From Eledone cirrhosa (lineage: Eukaryota), in NCBI GenBank assembly GCA_964016885.1, contig OZ024740.1:283588001-283652000 (forward strand): a stretch of DNA of 64,000 nt. The letters are read 5' to 3'. Within the stretch, counting starts at the first letter, position 1. Every line of letters starts with the position of its first letter. The translations under genes were made by a program, and so were the position numbers. This document shows, in pieces, positions 14,173 through 30,497 of the stretch. A model generated the notes under the pieces. That model saw only the letters and a list, made by a program, of their open reading frames with translations, searched no databases and was not told where the DNA came from.

Positions 14173-14328
14173 TTACGTATAGGGACATCCAGTGATCACT
14201 TTGCATTTGTTCTAGGTGTATCTACGTTCAGATTCATGTATATGACGGCCCTATTTGCTTGTGTACACACACACACACACACACATACGTATACACACAC
14301 ACCCACACACACATACGTATACACCCCC

Positions 14329-14442
<114 letters not shown>

Positions 14443-15249
14443 TGAATGTATATATGTATATATTCATACATACATAAATACATACATGCATACATACATA
14501 CATACATACATACATACATTCATACATACATTCATACATTCATACATACATTCATACATACATACATACATACATAAATACATACATACATGCATACATG
14601 CATACATACATATATACATGTATACACAAACGTACACTCACATTCATACATGTATACACAAACGTACACTCACATTCATACATGTAATTATATGCATATA
14701 TGCAATTATATATGCATGCCTAATTATATACACGTGTATAAATATATATACGTACACATTTATATTAGAATGTATAGTTGCTTTGATATATGCGTGCACC
14801 TATATGTTTGTATATGTGTGTATGAATGGGCAGAAATTGTGTACACAAGCTGATGACTCACTGCGATATGTGTATGCACAAGTCAAATTCAACGATCTGC
14901 TTCGTTATGATGTAACCTGTGTCATTTCTTAATGGCTGGCCAACTTCCAGCGATAAACGAATCTCGTCTGATTGATTACGCTGTCTGTCTGTCTGATGGG
15001 GTTTACGCTGGCTGGGTGGCTAGCTATCTAGTTAGCTGGCTGGTTAGCTTGTTCGTTGGCCTTCTGTTTTGGATGAATGGCTGGGTAGCTAGCTGACTGG
15101 AGCGTTGATGTTCTTGTTATTTGGATGGTAGGTGAGCTATAACTAGCGTTGGTTATGTCATGATGAAAAATAGAAAAAAAAGGAAGAAAATGAAACGTGG
15201 GGTGAATGAAGAAATGGGAAGAGAGCAAACACTATACCTTTGACTGAAC

Positions 15250-15445
15250 ACAGTACTTCATCTGCATTTCACGCACAAGAAAGCGATGCTGCGAAGCACA
15301 GTCACCAGCACTCACTGCACAGGCCATTCCACCTCACTTGACTCCTTCATCGGGCGAGGTGCACCCGTCCTGATTTGGCAGAGGAAAACGGTAGTCCTTG
15401 GACTGACGATACCGGAGATCTCAAAGATGACGGGGACTAAAATAT
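15250..15445 (-). mobile_element. Decayed CRE-like RLE remnant
   Basis: ILVPVIFEISGIVSPRTTVFLCQI..KESSEVEWPVQ*VLVTVLRSIAF; DNA similarity (taccgttttcctc...gaaggag...tgaggtggaat) to 16787-16855. Confidence 0.65.
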
Positions 15446-15463
15446 TGATTGTCTGAATGTTAG

Positions 15464-15693
15464 TTTACCTCATTGGCATTGAAACCGGCCGTGTCCGGCC
15501 AGAATTCTCTCACCTCTTTCTGTTCAAACCGGCCATAACCGGCTGTTCATACTTATGTTAAGGTATTGTTCTCAAAATAAATAATATCAAAATCTCATAG
15601 ATTCGTTATTGTGTGAGATAATTATGTGAGGTAAGGCCTTTACCATGAAAATACAATAGTAAATAAAAAGTAATGTAAATGCTAAAAGGTTAA
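15464..15693. mobile_element. Putative piggyBac-like MITE
   Basis: Right end aatgctaaaaggTTAA, degraded left end tttacctcattggcatt; internal aaaccggcc repeats. Confidence 0.4.
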
Positions 15694-16712
15694 CTCTTGG
15701 TCAGCCAGCCTTGGCTGAAACCTAAAATCAAAGGCGTTCCAACCATGATCATACCGTATTTTAAAGAGTATATAAGACTACATTGTCTAATGTATTCTTT
15801 TTTTAATTTGAGATGAGTTTGACTGCTATTTCTAACAGTTTATGTGGCTACGTAGAGGCTCCCTCATTTACTTGTGTCTAAAAGGTTTGCTGCATTGTTG
15901 TTCACCAGAAAAGCTGTTTGTCTGTCTGCCCCTATTTCCTTATCTCTTTCTTTTACGCTCTGTCTTTTTCTCTGTCTGTCCACCGGTCTGTCTGTCTACT
16001 AGTCTGTCTGTCTACTAGTCTGTCTGTATCTCTCATCATCTATCCACCTGCCTTTCTGTTTGTTAATGCTCATCAGTCTGTATACCAACATATATACATA
16101 TATAAGATATGTTGGAGTACCAAGGGAAAACAATGTCTGACATTTATGGCAGAAATCATCTTCAGAGAATTTTTTTGAATTTTCTTCTGGATGTCTTTCT
16201 GTAACCATTTTCTCTCTGTCTACTTCTTAATCTTTCTGACCGGATTTTTGTGTGGGTGTATGCATGTGTGGAGGACGTCTCTGTGTATACCTGTGTGTGA
16301 GTGTGTGTGTATTTAGTTCATTTTTCTGTATTTATCTAAGTACGTCAGCTCATATTTCTCAAGATCTATCTGCTCTGTCTATACATCTCTTTCCATCTCC
16401 CAAAACTTCTCTTTCTTCCGCTCCGTGTTTGCACCTATTTATATCCTTATATTTGTAACTGTTTCAGTTTATATACTTTCCCTCTGTCTTTATTTAGTGT
16501 ATACATGTCCGTTCTTGTGTCAGCTTGTCTGTTCTGTGTAGGGCACGTCTGTCTACGTGCAGCGCACAGGGGTATTTTCATAAAAGGATTACAGTAGTAT
16601 AGAGGAGAGGGAAAAAGAAGAAAAAGAAGTAGAGAAAAAATTAAATAATGAAAAAAAACGAGAAGGGGGAAGGAAGGGTGTAAACTCTACAGACTTACCT
16701 GAATGGTGTAGC

Positions 16713-17020
16713 TCAGTTGCGCTCCACAGACACGATAGCGAAATCATTGCTACAGAGAACAGCCAAAGACAATCCTTGCATCGGTAATTCCACCTCATGG
16801 GGCTCCTTCTTCAGCCAAGATGCACTATTCTCGATTTTTCGGAGGAAAACGGTAATCTGAGAACCAAGGATGCTGGAGGTGTCTCCAGCAACCGACACGA
16901 AAAGGAAGTAGTCGATCAAGTCCAAGTATTTTCTTACCTTCCGCTCCTCTACATTACAGGTGGGAGTGCTCGGGTTTGTAACGGAAGCGATAAGTATGAA
17001 TGTATTTCAATTCACTCCAT
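16713..17020 (-). mobile_element. Decayed CRE-like RLE remnant
   Basis: EERKVRKYLDLIDYFLFVSVAGDTSSILG..KKEPHEVELPMQGLSLAVLCSNDFAI; homologous to the 8445 and 15250 remnants. Confidence 0.7.
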
Positions 17021-17149
17021 TATCTAAACAGCAGAATGAGGTTCGAGCTTACATACCACCCCGTCCATTACATGTTGAAGGTTTTATCATCTAAATGCAC
17101 TATTTACATGCAACATATACGGACTTTGAAATGTTTAAAGGAGTGGTTT

Positions 17150-19156
<2,007 letters not shown>

Positions 19157-19976
19157 CTTGCCAAACCACGGCCCCTCTAAATGTAATATTAGCCAGGAGA
19201 TGTGAAAATCACACTGCTTTCCTCACAGTTAGTGGTCGAAGCTGAAGTTGCCAAAATGACTTTGTTAATCAACTGACCGACTTTTTACCAGACACGTGAC
19301 TATTACACCATCCGATACGTCATCTCTTCTCTTGACATCTATCATCGTTTATTGTTTTGCCTTATCTGTCCATCCATCTCCTTATTGGATTGGCCTGCAA
19401 AAAAAGACACGCTGTACACATGGCAATTTCAAACCCACTGAGACTGGTCAGACCAACGCCTATGCTTCTTTTTGGATAGTCCCTTAATCCATATCTATAT
19501 TTCTCTGTCTGTCACATCCCTCTCTCTCTCTCTCTCTCTACATCTCTCTCTCTCCCTCTCTCTCTCATACCTCATCCAAATTTCCATCTACTTTTCATTT
19601 CCTTCCTTCTTATTATCTCTTTAAAATCACTTATGGCTACATTAGTCTTACTCTCTCTAACATTGACCAAATTGTTTACTCATCTGTCAATTTGCTTCTA
19701 GAATTGATTCATTTTATCCCTTGGTACAATGAGTAAGACGGCATCAACTCTTCTGTTTTTTGTTTTTTTGTTTTTTTGTTTTTTTGTTTTTTTGTTTTTT
19801 TGTTTTTGTTTTTTGTGCGTGTGACATCCCTGCGTAATTTCTTTGAACCTCACCCCTCTCGTCTATAAATATACTTTTATACATACACACAAAAAAAATA
19901 GATTTATTGTGTAGGTAATTACTTAGCTAAATACTTTGCTAAGAGTAACGAGAAAATACCACATGGGGCGCGATTA

Positions 19977-20073
<97 letters not shown>

Positions 20074-20434
20074 GAGGGGTGCTGCGGTGGGATACGGCGT
20101 TTCTTGGGCATTTTAAAGCCTGGTGGGGCCCATCCATATCCTTGTCTGGGGATCTTATACAGAGAAGGATAAAAAATAAGACAGAAGAAGAAAGAGATAT
20201 AGAGGAAGAATCTCCCCCAGACCAATACTTTTTATAGATTTCGAAAGGATGAAAGGCAAAGTTAACCTCAGCGGGATTTGAACTCTGAGAGCAGAGCGTC
20301 GGGACGAAAACTGCAAGGCATTCTATCCGATGTTCTAACACCTCTGCCAATTCTATCATCCAACTCTCTCTCATTCTCTTTCTCTCACACTCACTCTCTT
20401 TCTCTATCTCTCTCTCTCTCTATATATATATATA

Positions 20435-20480
<46 letters not shown>

Positions 20481-20601
20481 ACTAATTCTTTTGTTACATT
20501 TCATCTCAAAAGTGCATAGATGTAAAAGCTAAAAACTGATTAATTAAGAAGTTTTAATAGAAATTGTACTTTTAAATACATTTCGAACGGATCCAAGACC
20601 C

Positions 20602-20667
<66 letters not shown>

Positions 20668-21100
20668 GAAAGAGAGAGATGGGAGAGGGAGAGTGGAAAG
20701 AGAGAGGGGAGAGAGGGGGGAGGAAAAGATGAGGGAGAGGAGAGAGAGGGGAGAGAGAGGGAGAGAGAGAAAGAAATAGGTAGATAGATATTTCTTAGGC
20801 CCCCAAATTACAGCGTATTGGAACTTCACAAACGTCTAGCCATATAATTTAAATAAACCTTACTACTAGATATTCAGAATTAACGATATTGTTGTAGATG
20901 ATACATTCCACTGAATGAGATGAATTATACTTTTCACGAATATATCACATAAATTTGAATTCTAAATCCAGTTATGTTATTATGTAGATTTAAGTGAATG
21001 GCTGACTGAATTAAGAGCAATAAACATTTCAGAGAATGAAGCATGCATAAATATTTAACTATCTGTCCGCCATACTCGTAAACATAAACCTTAAGACACT

Positions 21101-21143
<43 letters not shown>

Positions 21144-21386
21144 AAGTTTACATATATATATACATACATATACATATACGTGTATGGGCGATTACGCTGT
21201 CGAAATATTCGATAAATATTCCGCTATGGCCGACGTGAAGCGCTAGTTTCGGTTATTTGTCGGAGATTTCTTCATAGAAGCCTCATTCTTATAGCCTGGT
21301 CTATTCGATTTTTTATATGGTTAATTATGCTAATTGGGAGAGGAAGTAGTATATATTTTATCTTGTGATTCTATAGACATGTTTTA

Positions 21387-21470
<84 letters not shown>

Positions 21471-21513
21471 ATAATAATAAAATTGAAGACTGAAATCCAG
21501 AGAGGGCTCGATA

Positions 21514-21552
<39 letters not shown>

Positions 21553-21603
21553 TATATAAATATATATATATATATATAAATATATATAAATATATATATA
21601 TAA

Positions 21604-21656
<53 letters not shown>

Positions 21657-21782
21657 GTAGGAGGTGAGTTTTATTGTAGTACAATAAAGCAATGCAGATA
21701 TCGGATAAGAAGCACTCTACAGTTTGTGGGACTGGAGTATGCATAATATAAGATCAAAAGATGGTTAAAGGAGTTCAATATA

Positions 21783-21855
21783 TTTTATTATGCGCATTTC
21801 AAAAACAAAAACAAACATCATCAAACAATAATATTTGTGTTTTCATCAGATAAAA
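21783..21855 (-). ncRNA. Type I hammerhead ribozyme motif (family A, inverted arm)
   Basis: Reverse complement of 21976-22042 with a 6-nt duplication in helix II. Confidence 0.72.
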
Positions 21856-21975
21856 CAGGAGAACATGATATGAAGGCTAAAAAAACACTTGTTGATAGTG
21901 CAGTTTTAAATCAACGTTGATTTAAAACTGCACTATCAACAAGTGTTTTTTTAGCTTTCATATCATGTTCTCCTG

Positions 21976-22042
21976 TTTTATCTGATGAAAACACAAATAT
22001 TATTGTTTGATGATGTTTGTTTTTGAAATGCGCATAATAAAA
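21976..22042 (+). ncRNA. Type I hammerhead ribozyme motif (family A)
   Basis: TTTTAT-CTGATGA-long helix II-GAAA-TGCGCA-TA-ATAAAA; palindromic helix III ATGCGCAT, AUA site. Confidence 0.8.
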
Positions 22043-22074
22043 TATATTGAACTCCTTTAACCATCTTTTGATCT

Positions 22075-22159
<85 letters not shown>

Positions 22160-22285
22160 AGCGCGCAATAACACACTCACATACAGACATTCACACATAA
22201 ATATGCATACATATGTATATCTATTAAACAGAAGCCTATATTCGGTGTGAATATACTAATGTACCTATACATTATTATCTATTCA

Positions 22286-22472
22286 GTGGATTGGCAGTAT
22301 CGGTAGAGTGTCGGACGCCATGCTTTGCAAACAAAGAGTTACAGCCCTTTATGATCTGAGTTCAAATCCCGCCGAGGTTAACTTTGCCTTTCATCCTTAC
22401 GGGGTCGATAAAATAAAGTACCAGTAATACACTGGGATATTTGTGCCCTTGTGCCAAAAGTAGAAATTATTA
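22286..22472 (+). mobile_element. tRNA-derived SINE
   Basis: Match to family consensus. Confidence 0.88.
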
Positions 22473-23179
22473 TCTATTTATCGTTTTCTATATAACTAAT
22501 TAAATATAGTATACCATCAGAAATTAATCCACTATGTATTATAGACTTGCAATCGTATATACATATATACATACATATATACATACATAAATAAATAAAT
22601 ACACCCATATGAATACATACATACATAGATACATACATACAAAGAACACAACTAGTTAGGAAATTACAAGTACAATCCATTAATGGAACAGTAAAAATAT
22701 GTAAAACATTCTGAAAATATTGCATCTAATAACTGCATATACACTTGTACAGATACAAAGCATATGCACATGCACACACATAACTCAAAACATCCACACA
22801 TACAATAACATCCATATCTACACATGCATGCAGACATGCATACATAATCTACCTAGTTGATGTTGTGTAAATTCCATTGAGAGAGTCTTGTATCTATGTT
22901 AGAAACCGACTCTCTCTATTGGCAAAAATTGCAAAAATTGAAAAATTGAAAAAAATTATAAAATCAGAAGAACATAAATACATACATACATATATACATA
23001 CATACATATATACATACATACATATATACATACATATAAACATTCAAAAAACAAGACTAGTTAGGAAATTACAAGTACAATCCATTAATGGAAGAGTAAA
23101 AATATATAAAACATTCCAAAAATTCTGCATCTAATAACTGCATATACACTTGTACATACATACATACATACATACATAC

Positions 23180-24210
23180 ATGGTGGCTGCCAACTCGTTT
23201 TCGAGTACGGCCACTACTTTATATCCGTGTAGGAGAACCCCTACCGATGCGCTGAACGAGTGTGACTTTTTAGTCCAGCCAGCAACTTGAAAACTCTGGT
23301 ACAAACACTACACTTGTGACAATTATTGACACATAGTGCTGGGCCCATGGTACCATGTGACGACAAGTGCAGAGAGATCTCCAGATATAAAGCAATGCCT
23401 GTGCCGTGAAGCTTTTATGGTGAGCAAAGGCACATACATACATACATACATACATACATACATACATACATACATACATACATACATACATACATACATA
23501 CATACAAGGTAACTGCAACTCAATTTCTAGTATTGCCATCGCTTGATACAGCATGAGCATCACGGACGTGGCTTTTTAGTTATGCTTGGGACTTGCCTGT
23601 GGCCAGCAATCTCATGCATCGCAAAACAAATGTCACATATCAAGCGATACCTATGTTTGAAGATTTTTTTTAAGTGAGGAAAGGTTTTGCAGGGGGTCAA
23701 TCACACTCTCATACATACTTATATACATGATGGCTGCTCCCTCGTTATCGAGTATGGCCATTGCACGGTACACCATTATTAATAATTATTAATTAATTCT
23801 ATCGTGTAATGCCTGTGTCTGAAGATATTTTTTAAAGTGAGGAAAGACTGTGCACTGAGCCAATCCCACTCTCTGAGTGACAGTAGCTATAACCCGAAAA
23901 GAAGAAGAAATCAACATTATCGGTAACTACTGAGCCGCAGGTTTTATATCGGAGTTTTCCCAGTTTTCTGAGTTTCCTTCTCCTAGAAGAATGCCCTGAC
24001 AAAGGCCAGGGGTCCTTCACTCCCGGTGGTTTAACCGCGCGATCGGGTGTCCAGCTCGACTATTTCATACAGACATAAATACATGGTGGCTGCCAACTCG
24101 TTTTCGAGTACGGCCACTACTTTATATCCATGTAGGAGAACCCCTACCGATGCGCTGAACGAGTGTGGCTTTTTAGTCCAGCCAGTGACTTGAAAACTCT
24201 GGTACAAACA
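23180..24210. mobile_element. Cluster of short elements in (CATA)n, possibly RTE-derived non-autonomous
   Basis: 23180-23308 duplicated at 24083-24210; related start at 23728; tttccttctcctaga..aaggc motif recalls RTE UTRs. Confidence 0.45.
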
Positions 24211-24383
24211 TACATACATACATACATGCATCTGTGTAGCAAGACTACGTGTTGCTATTGTGTTTTTATTGTTGATGATGATGTTTAGACTGATCAAACA
24301 GATTTATTGTCAAAAGCCTTCCAACTGTGACCTTCCTGTCTTAATTTTTTTTAGATACACTGAATCATTAAACAATGTATTCG

Positions 24384-24429
<46 letters not shown>

Positions 24430-24944
24430 TTGTGCATGTGTGCCCCTGTGTCTATGTGTGCTTCTTTGCTCATCCCTCATACCTCATCCAACTTTCCCTA
24501 TAGTTTTCATTTCCTTCCTTCTTATTATCTCTTAAAAATTATTTGTGGTTACGTTAGTCTTACTCTCTCTAACATTGACCAAATTGTTTACTCATCTGTT
24601 AAGCCACTAAAATGCAAGGTACTGAGAAGAAAGTAGGACAAGGCAGAGAGAATATAATTCAAGGAGAGAGAGAAAGACGAATGATGTTGCTTTTGAATTT
24701 TATAGGCGAGATGTTCGAGGGGAAAAACAATCAGAATAGAGTTTACTATTGCATTAAAGAATTTCAACTATAAATAGATGATACCTAGCCGCCTATCTGG
24801 TGTTCCGTTTAGACTCACAGAGATGAGACAACAAAGGAGGAAAGATCATCAGGGAAATTCCCTTAGAAATATTTATTTTTAAAAAAAAGGCGACCAGAGT
24901 CAAAATTTTGATAGTGATTGAAGCTGGTATGATGGGTCAGGACC

Positions 24945-25315
24945 AATAATGTTGACGATTCTTCATTGGTTCTAGACTCTCAAGGTGCATGACAGAATCA
25001 TCAGACCAAATGTGGCAACAATACTCAATACAAGGACGAATGGTAGATTTATAAAGATATAAAATATTTTCAGGCGTGAACTTTATTTTGGCATGATAGA
25101 GCGAACCAAATTTCTGAGTAACAAACTTGGCAATCGATATGATATAATGATCCCAGCTCAAATCATTGGAAAATATATGACCAAGAAGGTATATAGGGTT
25201 GCTCTCTTTGAAGATATGATCAACCATACTAATGGAAAGCGATCGTGGTTCTCTATGGCGAGTTAAAGATAGCAGTTTAATATTAAAGACATTAAATGTA
25301 ACAAGCCATTTCTAT
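24945..25315 (-). mobile_element. Decayed CR1/L2-group LINE RT C-terminal fragment
   Basis: WLVTFN..LLGHIFSNDLSWDHYI..LYKSTIRPCIEYCCHIW motif series. Confidence 0.8.
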
Positions 25316-25643
25316 AGAAATAAGTGAAAAATACCACCATATTGATATAAATGAATCTGCTAGTGGTTTTGCATTCTCACTGCGGAGTTATTGCTATTCT
25401 ATTGTCATAAATGTGTGGTGTATCTAAATTTAGAGTTTATTAAATCTAGGATGTGGTTGCTAATTATGTCTCATTCTTTCTTAGAGGATGTTTAGAAAAA
25501 GTGCGTCTACTAAATTTCATTCTCGAATTCATGGTAGAAGTCACTTGCCTAATGTGTCACAAATGTGTCACAGAGAGGAATTGATCCCAAATCATGCGGC
25601 GATTATGAAGCGAAATTCTTAAACACTTTTTATAACTGTGACG

Positions 25644-25735
<92 letters not shown>

Positions 25736-26044
25736 GAATAATCGAGTATCGAAAAATCGGCGCACGAGTTCACGATAAACAAAATTCTATATGAGCGGCA
25801 GAGTGCTCACTAATTTAGATAAATCAGAGCTATAAATATCGTTAAAATACCGTCACACACAGAACAAGTCTATAATCAACCGCACGATCGAAAATTTGCG
25901 ATCCGGAAGATTCGGGACACTCAGATAAAAAATCTCAATAAATCAATAAATTAAATGAATGTAAAAAGCATACCCGGACCCGCTAGGAAGATGTTAAATC
26001 TAGCTTTTTGGGTTTCTGTAAATCCTTAAACTGTTCTCTATCAG

Positions 26045-26094
<50 letters not shown>

Positions 26095-26214
26095 ACTAGT
26101 TTTCCAAAATATGGCGGCTTGTATAGACCTATTTTTTTCTCAAAGAAATTTCTTTTCGTTTCTGATATTTCCCACTTTCTTCTATCTTTCTATTTCTTCT
26201 TTAACGTCTCATTC

Positions 26215-26254
26215 TGTTTTCTGATGAAGGACTAGCGTCCGAAACGTTAGGACA
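26215..26254 (+). ncRNA. Minimal hammerhead ribozyme motif (family B)
   Basis: TGTTTT-CTGATGA-aGGAC-tagc-GTCC-GAAACGTT-AGGACA; palindromic AACGTT. Confidence 0.72.
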
Positions 26255-26460
26255 TTTTCCCTACTATATCAAGCGTAAAACTAATATATTTCTTCATTGT
26301 ACTGTATCATTTGCTTTTCTATTTCTGTTTGCCTTTTGCATAAACACACACACACACGCACACGCACACACACGCACACGCACACATACGCACACACACA
26401 CACACACACTTATATATATATAGAGAGAGAGGGGGATATACACACGCACACACACGCACA

Positions 26461-26495
<35 letters not shown>

Positions 26496-26497
26496 TT

Positions 26498-26665
26498 AGG
26501 AGAAAGTATGACCCCGACGGCAGAGCTCAAGCCGTTTCGACGGCTATATAGCCGTCGAAACGGCTTGAGCTCTGCCGTCGGGGTCATACTTTCTCCTATT
26601 ACCCACTCTACTACCGTAAGTATTGAGCACTCTACTACCCTAAGTATTGAGTACAACTCCTTCGT
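26498..26665. mobile_element. Family C short element (hammerhead 3' half) with perfect palindrome
   Basis: Palindrome 26498-26597 centred on ctatatag; GAAACGGC...GCCGTC; related copies at 1830-2000, 3541-3652, 12556-12710. Confidence 0.75.
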
Positions 26666-26749
26666 TATATATATATATATATATAGATATGTTGATTTAA
26701 AACTGCACTATCAACAAGTGTTTTTTAGCCTTCATATCATGTTCTCCTG

Positions 26750-26816
26750 TTTTATCTGATGAAAACACAAATATTATTGCTTGATGATGTTTGTTTTTGA
26801 AATGCGCATAATAAAA
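26750..26816 (+). ncRNA. Type I hammerhead ribozyme motif (family A)
   Basis: Same architecture as 21976-22042. Confidence 0.78.
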
Positions 26817-26848
26817 TATATAGAACTCCTTTAACCATCTTTTGATCT

Positions 26849-26944
<96 letters not shown>

Positions 26945-26976
26945 AGATCAAAAGATGGTTAAAAGAGTTCCATGTA

Positions 26977-27043
26977 TTTTATTATGCGCATTTCAAAAAC
27001 AAATATCATCATGCGATGACATTTGCGTTTTCGTCAGATAAAA
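26977..27043 (-). ncRNA. Type I hammerhead ribozyme motif (family A variant, CUGACGA)
   Basis: Core CTGACGA...GAAATGCGCATA; helix II substitutions keep pairing. Confidence 0.78.
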
Positions 27044-27221
27044 TAGGGAGACATGATATGAAGGTTAAAAAACACTTGTGAATAGTGCAGTTTTAAATCA
27101 ACATATCTTATATTATTTATACTCCAGTCCTACAAACTGTAGAGTGTTACTTATCCGATATCTGCATTGCTTTATTGTACTACAATAAAACTCACCTCCT
27201 ACATATATATATATCTATCTA

Positions 27222-27316
<95 letters not shown>

Positions 27317-27986
27317 TCATACATACATATATATACCGAGAAAAGGAGAAAATAATGATGTATGTGTAACAAGACGTTAAAATTTCAAATCAAGTTACAT
27401 GACATAACATCATATACATTTTTTTTTAAAAAACAAGAAATCAATTGAAATATATATAACAAACTAAACAATAACAACAACACAAAAGAGAGAGAAAAAC
27501 AATAAAATAGCGATAAAACATAACAACGTTATTTGGTACAATAAATTGCAGATGGTCGTTATTTGTTTTGTTATTTGCTAATGGCAGCAAGAGGGGAGAA
27601 GGTAGAGGAGTAGATAAGAGTGGAAGGAGCATATGAACCAGTAGGAGAGAAAGGTGGGGAGTGTATGGGCATTCGTAAGAGGGAAGGTGGTTAGGGAATC
27701 AGTAAAGTGGAGGTATTAGGAATAGTAGGGGAGGTATTAGAGTCAATAGAGGAGCAAGTAGGGGGGAGGCTAAGTAGGGGGAGTAGTAGATAAGATGTTA
27801 TGAGAGAGAGCGGGAGAGAGTGGGGGAAGAGAGGGGGACGGAGGGAAGGAACACGTGAGTGGCTTGGTTGATGGCTTAATGATGTTCGGTTTGTAGAAGA
27901 GAAATATCGTTGGTAAAAGTGGAGAGAAATTCCTTGTCAATAAAACAAGACGTAGAACTAGCGTTGTTAGGGTGGTATCGATCCTG

Positions 27987-28500
27987 AATCATCGTCATCA
28001 TCATCATCATCATCATCTGCTTCATTATCATCATCATCATCATCACCATCATAAGCATCTTTATCATCATCATAAGCATCATTATCATCATCATCATCAT
28101 CATCTTCATCATTATCATCATCATGATAATTATCATCATCATCATCATCATCATCATCTACTTCATCATCCTCATCATCACCATCATAAGCATAATTATC
28201 ATCATCATAAGCATCATTATCATCATCATCATCATCATCATCTTCATCATTTTCGTCATCATGATAATTATCATCATCATCATCGTCATCGTCATCACCA
28301 TCATCATCATCATAATTATCATCATCATCGTCGTCACCATCATCATCGTCATTATCATCATCACCATCATCATCTTCATCATTATCCTCATCATCATAAT
28401 TATCATCACCATCACCATCATCACCACCATCATCATCACCATCACCATCGTCATCATCATCATCATCATAACCGTCATTATGCCCATCCTCGTCATTATT
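27987..28500. repeat. (ATC)n microsatellite
   Basis: Direct inspection. Confidence 0.95.
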
Positions 28501-28675
28501 CTGACGTGTGGGTAGGTCTGGGGTTGTTGTTGTTCGCTTGAACGAGGAGTTCGACAAATGTGGGCCCCAACATCGCCATTGTCGGCGTCATCACCATCAT
28601 CATCGTCATAATCATTGTCGTATCGTCGTCGTTATCATCAGCATTAGCATTACCCTCATGTTTCATGTCTATTAA

Positions 28676-28749
<74 letters not shown>

Positions 28750-28752
<3 letters not shown>

Positions 28753-28815
28753 GTTTTCTTTCTCTTATTACTCTACTATCGCCCTCCCTATCTCTCTATA
28801 TTTTGCATCGAGCTT

Positions 28816-28846
<31 letters not shown>

Positions 28847-28879
28847 CACACAAACACACACATATATATACACACACAA

Positions 28880-28948
<69 letters not shown>

Positions 28949-29093
28949 TGTTTGTGTGTGTATATATATATGTGTGTGTGTTTGTGTGTATATATATATA
29001 TATATGTGTGTGTGTTTGTGTGTGTGTGTAAGCTCGATGCAAAATATAGAGAGATAGGGAGGGCGATAGTAGAGTAATAAAGAGAAAGAAAAC

Positions 29094-29096
<3 letters not shown>
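28750..29096. repeat. Inverted repeat, ~65-bp unique arms around CA/TA microsatellite
   Basis: 28750-28816 reverse-complemented at 29028-29096. Confidence 0.85.
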
Positions 29097-29164
<68 letters not shown>

Positions 29165-29263
29165 ACACACACACACACACACATATACATATATATATAT
29201 ATATGTGCGGTGCCCCAGCATGGCCTCAGCCGGATGGCTGAAACAGGTAAAAGAGTAAAATAG

Positions 29264-29324
<61 letters not shown>

Positions 29325-29455
29325 AGGGCACACATATACAAACGTGCAACTCGGAAAGAGAGAGGAGCAGAGAGAATAAAGAGAAAAGAAAGAGAAATAG
29401 GTAAAGAGAGAAATTGGGAAATAGAAAGAAAGAATGAAAAAGAGTAGGATAAGAA

Positions 29456-29506
<51 letters not shown>

Positions 29507-29676
29507 ATACTTGGGGAGGGTCATATTTGTGTAATATTGCCAGAATTAATAACAGAACACACTCACTGTTTGGTTGGTTTTCGCTTCTCGCTGTCTCTAT
29601 ATATATATATATATATATATTTCGTTTCTGAATTTGTTTAGCAAGATTCTTTATCTGAAATCGTGTGTTGAAACCG

Positions 29677-29870
29677 ATATTGTTATACTTTGGGAGGGTC
29701 ATGTTGCCAATAAGAAACACACGCACCAGTTGCTTTCACTTCAATTTATTATAATAAATTTATAATAAATTTATAAATTTATTATAAATTTATTATAATA
29801 AATTGAAGTGAAAGCAACTGGTGCGTGTGTTTCTTATTGGCAACATGACCCTCCCAAAGTATAACAATAT
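29677..29870. repeat. Fold-back palindrome next to (TA)n
   Basis: attgttatactttgggagggtcatgttgcc...ggcaacatgaccctcccaaagtataacaat; arm start also duplicated at 29501. Confidence 0.85.
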
Positions 29871-30210
29871 ATATATATATATATTTATATATACATATTT
29901 ATACAATAGTACAGCATATTCGAAGTTCGATCAGCAGCTAAGCCAACGAATGCCTTCAGCAGTGCAGCCAAGCACTCGACAAGGTATAGACCTCAGAGTA
30001 ATAACATACAGTTTAAAGAGCTTTGCAAATTGAAAATAGCGACCGCTAATTTAGCCGCGTGATCTGTAGCAACTAAAGAACTGACTAGTGAGAAAAGGAA
30101 ATACACACACACATATATATATATATACATATAAAAATATACATACATACATAAATGTATGCACATATCTGTATATATATATATATATCAGCCGCCAACC
30201 ACATAAGGGT

Positions 30211-30266
<56 letters not shown>

Positions 30267-30497
30267 ATTTCTATTTATTTGCCACGAGGGCACAAAAGAA
30301 GGGGACATTTACACAGTGGGGGAGTTTACATAAATCGAGTAAAGAAAAAAGGAATAACAATAATAATATAACAATAAAAAGTCCTCAAAAGGGAGGGGGC
30401 GTGTTGGGGATTGCACATACCCCCGAAAAGTGTGCAACTCTTTTCGCGGGGGAAGCCCAGAGAGGAGGCGCTCCCCCTTTCCTCTTCACTTCTTCAC

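Larger units (their letters stand above)
21652..22082. mobile_element. Family A hammerhead element (~265 bp, minus) with fold-back duplication
   Basis: Palindrome 21743-22082 centred at tcaac|gttga (21915/21916); unique tail 21652-21742 with AATAAA; (TA)n on both sides. Confidence 0.85.
26688..27203. mobile_element. Two family A copies facing each other across (TA)n
   Basis: 26691-26853 plus; 26937-27102 minus followed by the tail 27103-27203 plus. Confidence 0.85.

Noticed and set aside
16699-16798. Signal-peptide-like first exon MRWNYRCKDCLWLFSVAMISLSCLWSATELHHS with CAG|gtaagt donor
   Set aside because: Lies in an alternative frame of a CRE-like endonuclease remnant; exonisation is possible but unsupported.
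15300-16860. Conserved TGA-GGT-GGA in two paralogous segments as possible Sec or edited stop
   Set aside because: Conservation is explained by the EVE codons of the retrotransposon frame.
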